This document shows, piece after piece, positions 51,420-63,640 of a stretch of 64,000 nt of DNA (within the stretch, counting starts at the first letter, position 1; the number at the start of each line of letters is the position of its first letter). The DNA is taken from NCBI GenBank assembly GCA_034780895.1, contig JAUZTB010000084.1, positions 9,404,670 through 9,468,669 of the forward strand, written 5' to 3'. The notes under the pieces were generated by a model. It saw only the letters and a list, made by a program, of their open reading frames with translations. It was not told the DNA's origin and ran no database searches. The stretch comes from Rhynchobatus australiae (Eukaryota). Made by a program: the position numbers and the translations under genes.

Positions 51420-53170
51420 TATTTGAGGCATACCACAGTGCAACGTATGAACAGGCTCTTTAACCCACCGAGGTTAGTAGAGATTCTTACAGCATACAAA
51501 CAAGCCCTTCGTCCCAACCTGTCAACGGCGTTAAACATGCCTTTTTAAACTAGTCCCATGTCCATGCGTTTGGCTTTTGTGCTTGGATATCTTTCCGATC
51601 CATTTTCCTCTGGAAATATCTTTCGAACATTATATCATGATGGTTCTGCCACTTTTGACAGCTCGCTTCATTTATCTACCACCCTCAGTTTGTAAAACCT
51701 GCCCAGCTCCACTTTCACTCTTTCTCACCTCATCTTATGCCAATGTCCTGCACCTACTTTTAGATTCCTCTACCCTGGATAAATGATTATGCCGATCTAC
51801 CATATCCATGTCCCTCGTGAATTTGTAAACCTCTTCAAGGTCACCCATCAGACTTCATCGCTCATGGAATATAGTCGCGGTCTATCCAATCTCTCCTATT
51901 CTGCACACTCTCCGGCTTAATCTATCCTACCTCAGTATGGAGAAAAGAACTGCACACAATATTCTGAGTGCGATCTAACCAACATTTTGCACAGGTGGAA
52001 CATGACGTCCCAATTCTTTTAAACAACACCACGGGCGTGAACACAAGCACAGCATATCTCTTCTTCACCATCCTTTCCACACGTGTTGCCACATTCATTG
52101 AACTATATCCGCACCCTGAGACATTTCCGTTCAATAACTCTCCCCATAGCCCAGCCATTCATCGTGTGTTCTGTCCTTGTCTGCCTTTCCAATCTGCATT
52201 ACTTTGTATTTGTCTATGTTAATTTCCAGTTGCTATTCTTTTGCTTAATTTCCCAGCTGATGAATATCTCATAGTAACAAATGACAACCTTCTTAAACAT
52301 CCATTCTGTCACCAATTTTCCTGTCATATTCAAACAAATGAAACCTCGTCAATGCAGATAGTGATACCTTGCTGCACTAATCCCATTTGCCCGCATGAGG
52401 TTCAGATCCCCCTGCGGACTTCTTGTCCAGGTACCCGTCCGAAAGCCCTCTGGGCGTTGCAATGACTTTGACAGAGTCAGTGACTCCGAGACATTCTGTA
52501 ATTCTGAAGTCCTTTATCTGCTGAGCTGCTTTACTCCACTGATTGATACATGAGCAAGATGTTCAATGCTTGTTTCAGTGGCTTTTAGAGTGCGAGGTTT
52601 AAAATGATAGGATAGGTCAGAACAGAAACAGGCTCTCTTCTGACCAATTCTTCCGTGCTGACCGTCGTGCCGAACTGAGAGCATCATAGTTGTCTGAATT
52701 CGGCCCATCTTTCTCCACCAATATTCTAACCAAGCATCTGTTCAAATATATATTTAAACGCTGCAATATTATCTCCCTCCACGCCCCACCTCGTTTTTTC
52801 CCAAATATTCACCGTTCTNNNNNNNNNNNNNNNNNNNNNNNNNNNNNNNNNNATATTTGCTGTAAATATCTCCATGCTGACATCAAACCTGCACCCTACA
52901 GGTTTAGATTCCCCTGTTCTGGGTAAAACAGATAATGATTCACTGTACTATCTCTGCCCCATATAATTTTATAAAGTTATTTCAGATACCCCACACGGTC
53001 CAATGGAATAAACACTGCCGATCCGATCTTCGTTTAGAAATGCAGTCCTGCATCACAGGTGAATCACTTCGAAAATCCATTGCGACCTCCTTCCTGCTGT
53101 GTGACAACCACAACGACACACGATATTCAAAGATTAATATAACTAATCTTTTGTACAAAGGAGTTAAATT
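51420..53170 (-). mobile_element. CR1 3' fragments (two or more)
   Basis: Reverse-complement tails and RT-end motifs (ATRVERMVKK). Confidence 0.65.
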
Positions 53171-54995
53171 ATTTGTATGATTGTTGAGAGTTTTCCAGCG
53201 ATAAGCGCTGCAGGTGATAATTTACAGTCTGATTATGGCAAGTAAATAAACTCCGTTGAACCGTTATACAGCACAATACAGAATCCTCAGTGGGAGCGAG
53301 AGAAGGAGCTGAAGAGGTGGAAACGAATGGGCATCAGGAACACACGGCGTATGCGTGGGTCACAATGGAAGTACTGCGACGTTGAAGTCAAGATGAATGA
53401 AATCCGCAGGATGTTCAACCGGGACAGGTTGAGAGATGAACGCCAGGGAATGCAGGGAGAGGATGGCAGCAGGGAGCACTAGCAAAGCACAGAGGAATCT
53501 TACAGCAACTTACCAGTGTGGAAAGGTGAACTATAACAACACGGGTTCCCAATGGGGCAGACTGTGTCCACGGTGCTTCGGGGATGTAGGAGAAGGAGTC
53601 CGGCGAGTTGTGGTGGGGCCAGAAATTACACACTTCCTCTTAGCGTTGAGTGCATTTTACAATTTTGAGGGGTGATTACCCACTTTCTTCAGCTGCTCCA
53701 TGAACGTCTCACTCACGGCCTTAAGAGCGGTGTTGATGCAACACATTCTCACAGAATGTAGTGGACGCACAAACACGTAGAAGTGCAAATGCAGCCGGCT
53801 CCACACAGAATACACCGTAAACTATACCTCCCAACAGGAGGAAATAGATAGCGATAACCAACAGTAAAATGAGGGAATTCTTGCGGCTCTCCATTTCCGG
53901 GTCTCTGGGAAACTCCCCACTGCTGGGAACCCGGATACTCCTGTGAGCTCTACTCACCACTAAAACATATCGGCTGGTCAAGACATTGAACAGAAGAATG
54001 AGGACAAATGGGACCACGTGTGAGGAGATGATAAAGGAGCTCGATTGCCGACTAGACAGATAAAGACAAAAGCAATGAATTCGTGGACGGCAAAACGAAT
54101 TTGTATTAAACTTGGAATAATTTTCTGGCGACTAAAATACCATAAAATATTCTTTAAGCTGCTCAGCACAGTCACTGTCCCCAGAACCACAGCCGCCGTT
54201 CTCACGATGCAATATTTAGTTTTCTGCTTCTGGCAAGAAATGGCCACAAATGGATCAAAAGTGAAAGTGACGGTGAACCAGACTGAACTGTCGGTGGTTG
54301 CATGAAGCAGCACGGCGTGGAAATTCTACACGGTGATAGACCAGAGAAAACGGATAAGTCCCTCTTAAACTATCGGGATCTGCCTCAATATCAGGTCCAG
54401 GATAACGTCCAGTATATCCGCCGCTGCCATGGCAGCGATTGATTGATTGAACGAACTCAAAATATAGCAAAAGTCATAGATTCTCTGGAATTTTGCAAAT
54501 AGGGAATTTTAGGACTGCAGACTGTCGTTGAGAGATAATAAATACGGCGGAAAGCTGTACCTGCAGCATTTCAATGAACGTGTGCACACAGCGAGGATTA
54601 GACGGTTCATGCGCAAACATTTGAAGATGACAAATAGGTCCACAAAGAAATTAACCAAAATCCCGTGATGTTGCGATAGGTTAGAGGACACAAACCAGCA
54701 AGTCTTCATAAACTGATAGATATTACACTCGTTTCCAAGCAACTGTAATATTTCGTCCAATTCTGAATGGCTCGCCGGAAAGGAATGAAAGACTCGGAGC
54801 GACCACGAGCGGATTTACTGCAGTGGACCTAATGATAGGAATACTGAGATCGAATAAAGGCGCTCAGTTTTATTTCTTAAGTGATCTAGAAATAAAATGA
54901 TGCAGAGAGTGTAAATAACGTGAGTTAGTCTCCGTGGATGAAGGCTATGAACTCAGATACAAACTTAAACTGAAACAAGAAGGTATGAGACTCAC

Positions 54996-55131
54996 CNNNN
55001 NNNNNNNNNNNNNNNNNNNNNNNNNNNNNNNNNNNNNNAACTTGCTGGGGCGGTTGAAACAAATGTAATTGCAGACGCAAAATGGACCTGAAGAATCAGG
55101 ATATGGAGAACGACACAAAAATGGAAATCAT
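54996..55131 (-). other. Candidate signal-peptide exon (frameshifted, or started from upstream ATG at 55189)
   Basis: FHFCVVLHILILQVHFASA-ITFVSTAPAS, then a 42-N gap, then donor g|gtgagt. Confidence 0.35.
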
Positions 55132-56439
55132 TGGATGTCGTTTCAATGAAGTTGGGTAAAATTCTCTTGGACGAATAAACTTCGTCCATGTTACGTTATT
55201 CTCTGTGTCACCGATATTCCCTGTCTGCAATGCATCAACTTCTGATCAAGGTGTCAGCACAGATACGATCGAGAATGATGTCCATCTAATTAAACAGACG
55301 CATTTGGAAGACTTACAAAGAGGGGGGGAAGCAGAGTGTATTGTCAGTCAGATGTTTTAAACAGGTGGCAGGTGTGCAGAAAGGTTTCTGAACCGAGGCG
55401 TAGGAACACTGTTATTTTGCTTCCATTCCAAATGCCAGCAGCTGTGCCATGCAGGACATCGATTGGACTTCCAAAACGGTAGAAAGAGCACATGGTTTTA
55501 AGGTCGTATGGCTCTACTCCATCGAAAGAGACGGCGATCTATTTCGTTTTTTTTCCCCCGCAGAATGCTCAAATCTTTTGATAAACTGCGATGAAGAGAT
55601 GAACGGTCTCCAGGAAGTCAGCNNNNNNNNNNNNNNNNNNNNNNNNNNNNNNNNNNNNNNNNNNNNNNNNNNNNNNNNNNNNNNNNNNNNNNNNNNNNNN
55701 NNNNNNNNNNNNNNNNNNNNNNGACCTGAAGAATCAGGAAATGGAGAACGGCACAAAAACGGAAATCATTGGATTTCGTTTCAATGAAGTCGGATAAAAT
55801 TCGCTTGGACGATTAAACTTCATCCATGTTACGTTATTCTCTGTGTCACCGATATTCCCTGTCTGCAATGCATGAACTTCTGATCAAGATGTCAGCACAG
55901 ACACGATCGAGAATGATGTCTATCTAATTAAACAGACGCATTTGGAAGACTTGCAAAGATGGGAGAAAGCGGAGTGTATTGTCAGTCAGATGTTTTAAAC
56001 AGGTGGCAGGTGTGCAGAAAGGCTTCTCAACCGAGGCGTTGGAACACTGTTATTTTACTTCCATTCCAAATGCCAGCAGCTGTGCCATGCAGGACATCGA
56101 TGGAGTTCCAAAACGGTACAAAGAGCACATGGTTTTAAGGTCGTGTGGCTCTACTCCATCGAAGGAGACGGCGATCTATTTCGTTTTTTTTTCCCGTAGA
56201 ATGCTCAAATCTGTTGATAAACGGCGATGAAGAAATGGACGGTGTCCAGGAAGTCAGCGACTCCGGGGTTAAAATAACAGATGAAGACGATGCTGTTTAG
56301 CACAAAACATGAAATGAGATTTTAAGGAATGAGCATCAAATGGTGCAATATTAAATATGGGCGATGGATCTGAGGCACTAAGGGTAGGAGGACATCACAC
56401 AGATATTCCAAGGCGCGGAGAAAAGGTTAGGTTTCTCAT

Positions 56440-56600
56440 AATTCAGCACAAAATGTTCCCTTTGTGAGGGACTGGTCCACTACACCGAAGTGACAAAGCA
56501 AAGGTTAACTGATGGTTTGGAGAGAATTTCTGCTCAGCCCACAAGCATGAACCCTTTCCTCTCTGGCTTGAATTCTCCTCATTTGACAGTAGCTCGGCTA
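56440..56600 (+). mobile_element. Penelope-like GIY-YIG fragment
   Basis: Decayed match to CxxCGLxYIGETKxRLxDRF. Confidence 0.5.
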
Positions 56601-58326
56601 CTCATCCAGAATATTACAGACGTCTGAACTGAGCGACTTCAGAACGCGATTTGCTTTTTCAGTTTCTAACGCCTCTAAATCCATATTTTTCTTCCTTTTC
56701 AAGCTATTTCTATCCCCTTTTAGATTTTCACAACCATCATTATTTCTGACAGGCACCATGTTGCAGATGTTTCCACTTTCCGCCTCCGTTATATTTGTTG
56801 CCTGCCCGTGTTATTCCAAACCTGATGCAAGTTTATACATCTGTAACAATAACCCTGTCGTCTCTCCCAGTGCGATCTATCACGGTTAGCAGTTCAGGAT
56901 GTTTAATTGTCTTTCAGATTTTTCTCTTGTGTTTGTTCTGGGTGGAGGGGTTCAATAATGACTAAGTCATTGCGTTGGTAAGTAAGGAGATCCAGTAACA
57001 GAAACTAGCGATGATGCGTTATATTTTATAAATAATTTGAACCTTAATCTGAATATTTAATCCTGTTTCGAAGTTGCAGAGAAAACGGGGTGGAGCGTGA
57101 CCAGAGTGGGACCAAGGGTCGAGTTCCAAGTTTCTTTGACAGGATGAGAAAGATCTTCAATGAAATTTAATGCAGAGTTCCTAACTACGAAATGTATTGG
57201 CGAATGTTTTAACATTGATATTTAAACCGATATTGATTTAACAAAACAACAGCAGCAAGGGGAGAATCATCGCAATGAGACGATTCCTTCTGTAAGAAGA
57301 CTAATTATTAACCTTCGATATTGAACTTCCTTTGTAATTTTATTCTGCAACAGCTTGGCAGAAAGAATAGAAAATAATATTGAGAAAAAGTAACTGAAAC
57401 CCTGTCCAGCTGCGCGTTGAAAGGGGCAGGGAATAGATCTCATATGGAGACGCCGAACCATTCATGCAGCCGCCCATAAGACTGGAAATACGAAAATTAA
57501 ACGTTGCGGACCAGCACCAACCTAAACCGGAAAGGCAGAAGCGACGGTTTTCGAGACGTGCAGAGACTGGGCGATCAGAAAATCCTGTTTGGGGACGTGG
57601 AATGCATGGGTAAGCGTTTGAGCAGCAAATGGGCGGTGGTTCTGAATAACAGGCCTGTTTTTAGCTGGAAGGAGGAAGGGTAAACTTGCGGGATGGAACA
57701 GACAGCAATGTACAGATAGCAATCGGAATTAACGAGGATCGGAAGCATTCGGATGTGGAACCAAAATTCATGTGAAACAGTCATGTTCAGCAGATATTGT
57801 TGCGTGGTGAATGGAATGTGTGGGTGGGAAACGGTGTTTCTGAAAGCAATCTGCAAGCGTCTCAACACTGAAGGAACCTGTGCAGTATAAAAGTTTACAC
57901 GTTGCAGTTTTTATGGCTGCATTTGGAGAGTTCTCAGAGTCGACAAAAACAGCAATGGTGGTAGTGTGATTTACAGCAATGCAATTAGCAAAGGTTTGCT
58001 AAATTGACACCTGGAGTGAGCGATGTATCAGGAACAGCAGCATCACATTGAATGTGAGGTTTGAATGAGAAGGAATAAACGAGAAGGAAGTTAAATATCA
58101 CTTTCATAATTAGCTGCTGGATAAAGAGACTTACCAGGAACAGCAACAATAGCGAGGACGGGTACTAATTTATTTGGATTGCATGTGTATTTCGGACATC
58201 CAACGTAATCCATTCATAATTTGCAAAAAAATAAATTGAACGACCTGGAAGACATCCTTCCCAATCTAGTTGTTTTCCACGCTGTTGCTCCTAGATTCCA
58301 ACGCATCACTATTTCCGGAGACTGAT

Positions 58327-58422
58327 CTCTCATCTCTGTCTCTGTCTCTGTCTCTGTCTCTGTCTCTGTCTCTGTCTCTCTCTGTCTCTCTCTCTCTCTG
58401 TCTCTCTGTCTCTCTCTCTCTC
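58327..58422. repeat. (TCTCTG)n/(TC)n microsatellite
   Basis: Seen directly, immediately 5' of GPCR copy 4 exon 1. Confidence 0.95.
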
Positions 58423-60324
58423 AACCAAGTCTCTACAATGGCCAGAACGTCACATTTCCATTTACTGACCGAAGGTCCAATAGCCTTGCATTTAACACTC
58501 CCAGGATTAAAATAATTACACTTGAACCCATCCGTCCCATCATGTCTTCCTGTGATCCTGCCTGTTCTTCATCACGTACTTACGATCATGACATCTACCT
58601 TCCTCACAATCCCTCCATTTTCTGACCTGGTGCTCGGGTTCTTATACATCTTGCCAGACTGGTCTAAACCCTCCAGAGTAAAATAGCGAATCTCCAAGAC
58701 AGGCGATTGGTTCCCCTCCAGATAAGATGCAGCCCGTCCCTCCTTTACATGTCAGCCCTGCCCCAGAAGAGGCTGCAAAGATCCAATGACCCGTTATTTT
58801 CTCGACAATACCGGATCTTCTGTCGCTTTTCTCTTTTTCTCTCTCCTCCACCCTTCTAGACCCAATCGCTTTATGTCTTATCACTCCCCAACCTCTCCAT
58901 TTGCCCATCTCCTGCCCACTCCTCCTATTGATTATCCTCCCTACCATATGTTCCATGCTCCAGATTCCTCTATCAGATTCCCTCATCTTCAGCCCTTTGT
59001 CACTTTACCTCGTATCTCCTAACATGACGTCATTCCCACTCTCGCCCTCCCGAAAGTGCTTATCACATCTCACCTAGATCCATATTCCACTGCCAGATCT
59101 CTCTCCACACCCTCCCTTTGCCTTTTTATACTGTATGTGTTCCTCTTTTGTTGTGTCGAGATGAAGAGTTACATCCTGAGCTGTCCATTTTCATCCATAG
59201 ATTTACCTGACCTGCTGAGGTGTCCAGAGCTTTGTGTGTTGTACGAACAACAGACTCATTGCTTTACAATCGATTGGTCTCCCTCCCTAACTATTGTTTC
59301 TGAAATAGAGTGGTTAATTCGGATAGCATCCAACCACAGGCATCTATTCCGATGCCTTGACGCATCAGAGATCAGATATACACATCCTGAATGTGGGGTA
59401 AGCTTGGGGAGCCGCATGCCCCAAGCTTCGCTCCTTTATAGTTGCGTTCTTGTGTTTCAGCGTGTACAGAACTTTGAAAAACAAACAACAACGCATTTGA
59501 TATCTGGGGCCGCTTGATTGAGTTAAAGAGGGCTAAATATTACATGTTCTGTATACTTATTAGCTTTACATCCCGTCAAAGTGATTTGTATCATTCGAAG
59601 CTAATACTGTTGATTTAGTTTCTCCCTTTCGCTGTTCGCTGCCGCCCAGAACATTATGGGCGTTTCTAACGCTCTCATTCGTGAATAATTAAAAGAAAAG
59701 AAAGCATTTAAGTGGCCTGCCAGTTCTATGCCTTGTCGAAAGTGAATGGAACGCATCGAAAGAGAATGATTGTTCATCTTCGAAATTCCTCCGTGGCCTA
59801 CATAATTGATCCTTCAAAAATCTGATTTGCCACCTGTAACACTCCATCTGTTAGAACATATCAAATTTCAATTTCTGGACGAATTGAACAGTAGAACGTG
59901 TTCTATGGAACGTCCCGAATGGTCTCTGATCCTGCTAATATAGATAGCGCTCTTCCACTCGTTATTTATGTCTGCGTACCACTGCGTCTCTTAATCTGTT
60001 AATATTAGCGAGACTGCGTTCACTTCTTAATTCTGCCAGACAGCGTGGTCGTATTCTGCTTTCAACCATCACAGGGATCATTAATGAAGGCCAAATGTTT
60101 CCTGATTGCAGAGGCTCGAGAGAGTAGACCTGAGTATGTGTCACGACGTATTGGTGAAGCAGACCAGGATGAATAAGAGTGCTTTCGGGTCCTTAGAAAA
60201 TGTAGGTCGCCGCCGTGGATCATAAACCACAGCGGAACGCGACTGTCCAGCAGGTGTATCACAGACCACTGGCAAAACAGGCCACCCACAATGTTTTCTT
60301 CATAGGCCAGATGTTGAAGACTTG

Positions 60325-61100
60325 TCATAGTCATGATCTCAAAGAACAGAAATAGGCACTTTGCTCAGTTTCTCCATAGCGTCCAGCGACATTAATCCAA
60401 AGTACTCGCACTTGTTCAGAAGGCTTCTGTGCCTTACCGATCCAAATACACATCCAGATACCTGTGAACTGCTGTGTGGGTGTCTGCCTCCCAACACCTG
60501 CTCAGACAGTTCATTCTAGATCGCAACTGAAAAATTATTGCCTCCCACCCCCTAATTCCTCGTGTAACCGCTGTGTAATTTTTCTTTGGACTACAGGTGA
60601 AAAAGTCCAAAACTCCCTAACCGAGGTTGCCATTCATAATTCTCTTTCCATCATGTTCCCCTCAGCATCCTCTACTCCAAGAAATACAAACCCGGACTTT
60701 CCAGCAATTGCTCTGAATTGAAACATTCCAGGCCAGGCAAAATCATGGTGAATCCCCTTTGCACCCATACAGTGTTTCCGCAGCCTTCCAGGGTTGTAGC
60801 GTTAGTGCTGCACAGAGCTCTCCAGCTGTGGTTGAAAGAAAGTCATATGAATGTGTATGATACACAAAGGTACGCCAAAGATCTCTGTTTCTCAATTTCT
60901 GATGTGGAATAATTCATGTTCTACTGCTGTTTGACCTCCCAAAGTGCATCTCAGTGCATTGAACGCGATCAAATTTCACGGAGCCTTACTCCGACAAGTT
61001 TACCAGCTGATACCTACAATTATGCAGCTTTGTTCCGAACTCCTTACTCTCAATAACACCATTAATTTTCGTGCTATCTACGCACGAACAACTCATACCA
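60325..61100 (-). mobile_element. Old CR1 3' fragment
   Basis: Decayed tail and RT end. Confidence 0.55.
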
Positions 61101-61849
61101 TCTACATTCACATACATATCATTCACGTATGATGGAGAGCTTGGGCACTCTGAGCTGAAGCTCCTGTTTCCGTGTTGCACGTTTCTTTGGCTCTGAATGC
61201 ACAATACTGGGCTGACCAGCATTGCGATTGAGTTGAAGTGCAAAGGCCTGATGATAGATCGAATTTGCAAGTAGAGTGGGATTAGTGACGAATTCTGATG
61301 TTAATTTTAAAGATATAAATTAGGATCACCAGATTCATTGCAAAAAAGACATTCAAAAGAATAACTTAGACATGTCTGGAATGGTGAGACTCAAGCTCTC
61401 CCATTGTGTACTTAGCACAGCCTTGCATTTGCTTGACTATCATTATTTGTGTCACTTATTTTGTTTAGAGTCTTTTAATAATTTCTATTTCCTGGATTAC
61501 TGGAAGTATGCCTGAGAAGAGTAGTGTTCTGGGAATTGTAGGTGAAAAATTTAATGCAAGAGGAAGAGCGAAAGTATGAATTAGGTAGATTTAGAAATGT
61601 TTTCCGTGTCAGTAATTAATTGCAAATCCAAGTATTTTTTTTCAAAAAATGATTCTCACTAATTTTTGTTACATGGGTCCTAATTGAAAACTTCTGACTG
61701 TCTAAAGGTACCAGGAACATGGGATATCCCTCATCTATAATGTTCACTACATTGTCAAAAGTAGCAGTGTATTTGTTAAATTCCTATGCATATTCAGGCA
61801 TATTTGCCCTTACGTAAATCATGTTGCCTTTTTTGACCAGTCACCACTT

Positions 61850-62560
61850 TCCTACTGTTGATGAAGGAAAGGTGTTGGATGTTGTCAGAATGGACATGAG
61901 CAAGGCCTTTGACAAAGAGCCGCATGGGAGGATGTTCCAGTGGCTAATTGGCTTGGAATTTAAGATGAAGTAGTTAATTGGATTCAACATGGGCTGAGCA
62001 GGAGACGCCAGTAGGTGGTTATCTCTCTGACTGGAGGCCTGAGTCCGTTGTTGTGTGTCATCGATATTGATGATTTAGTTGATAATGTGANNNNNNNNNN
62101 NNNNNNNNNNNNNNNNNNNNNNNNNNNNNNNNNNNNNNNNNNNNNNNNNNNNNNNNNNNNNNNNNNNNNNNNNNNNNNNNNNNNNNNNNNGCTAATTGGC
62201 TTGGAATTTAAGATGAAGTAGTTAATTGGATTCAACATGGGCTGAGCAGGAGACGCCAGAGAACGGCAGTATGTGGTTATGTCTGACTGGAGGCCTGAGT
62301 CCGTTGTTGTGTGTCATCGATATTGATGATTTAGTTGATAATGTGAGAAACCGGCTCAGCCAATTTTTGGATGAACGAAATTGGGAGGGTGGTGCGGTAG
62401 GGGTGGCACAGTAGACAGCACGGAACGCGATCAAAGCCTGCAAAGTGAAATTGTCCAGCTGCGAAAATGGTTTCAAAAATGGCAGTTGGAACTTAATGCA
62501 GACAAGTCTGACGCGTTCCGCTTGGAATTAACCGGGTTATGAGACTGTCTACATTGCTTT
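61850..62560 (+). mobile_element. CR1 RT fragment
   Basis: DEGKVLDVVRMDMSKAFDK and WQLELNADK. Confidence 0.7.
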
Positions 62561-62798
62561 GATGTGGTTGTCACGAACTTGAAGGGGTGTTGTTTGTGTT
62601 CTGTGATAATAAAATGTATTCTATATTATTATTGCATTTATACGTAGCCATGTACAACATTCTGTTGTTCAATTATTACTCAGACTGGCGCCTAAATTTG
62701 TTAAGAACACACTTGTGGTGAAACTTTAATACTTCGATGCCAAATGGTACAAATCACCATTTGCGCTATCTTTAACTGCAGCATGTTCACTTCTTGAT

Positions 62799-62804
62799 TA
62801 TAAG
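62799..62804 (+). promoter_or_regulatory. TATA-like box
   Basis: TATAAG about 55 nt upstream of the ATG at 62856. Confidence 0.45.
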
Positions 62805-62855
62805 TAGTTGCTGTAAAACCGTCCATTTCAATGTTTCCAAGGATATCAATTGACG

Positions 62856-62955
62856 ATGAAAATACCCTTCTTGATGCTGAGCGTTCTCGTGTTGCTGCAT
62901 GTGCAGCACAACTTTCCTGGTGAAAATGCAGCGAGAGGAAGAGACTTCTACCAAG
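62856..62955 (+). CDS. First exon of a small secreted peptide (defensin-type signal and propiece)
   Basis: MKIPFLMLSVLVLLHVQHNFPGENAARGRDFYQ with phase-1 donor caag|gtcagt. An alternative phase-1 donor lies after 62919. Kozak-like gacgATG. Confidence 0.6.
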
Positions 62956-63039
62956 GTCAGTGTATGGGCAAAACATGTCAAATATTCGTTTCACAGAAGT
63001 AGAAATGTCTTGTTGCTTCTGACTTGGCTTGCTGGAAGG

Positions 63040-63640
63040 AATCAGAGGCGATGGTGGCAGTTTGGAGGCTTGTGACCCGTGGTGTGTCACAGGGATCAGT
63101 GCCGACTCCCCTGTTTTTTTCAGGGACATGAACGCTTTGGATGAGCATGTAAGTGGCCTGATTAGTTTCTGATGAGAGACTAGATAGGCTGGAGGTGTTT
63201 GAGAATTCGCTGGAGACGAGAGGTTGGACAAAAAAAAACTTGCACTGTTTTATTTGGAGCATCGGAAGCCGAGGGAAGACTTCCCAAAAGTTCATAAAAT
63301 CGTGAGAGGCATCGGTAAGATGGGTGGTCAGAGTTTTGTTTTAGATAGAAATGCCAAACACTGGAGGGCATAGCTTTACAGTGATAAGGGGAAAGTTCAA
63401 AGGAAATACACGTGGAAGTTTGTTAACACAGAAAATGTTAGTTACCTGGAACGCGCAGGTAGAGGAGTGGTGGTGTGGTGATGGTTCGGAGACAGATTGG
63501 CAGGCATATCACGAAGAAGCGAATGGATGCGTACGGACAATGCACAAGAAAAATGGATTACTTTAATTTAGCACATGGTCGGTGCTGTCATTGGGGGCCG
63601 AAGGGCCCTTTCCTTTGCTGTGCTGTTCTTTGTTCTCTTA
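63040..63640 (+). mobile_element. CR1 3' fragment (intronic to the signal exon)
   Basis: GVSQGSV remnant, TGGHSFTVIRGKFKG, and tail gggccgaagggcc. Confidence 0.75.

Larger units (their letters stand above)
53657..58306 (-). pseudogene. GPR139-like GPCR pseudogene (copy 4, different subfamily); exon 1 58135-58306, exon 2 remnant 53657-54437
   Basis: Exon 1 ..NYEWITLDVRNTHAIQIN*/PVLAIVAVP g|gtaagt. Exon 2 AMAAADILDVILDLILRQIPIV*..DSSVWFTVTFTFDPFVAISCQK..DPEMESRKNSLILL, with multiple stops and frameshifts and DR changed to DP. Confidence 0.85.
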
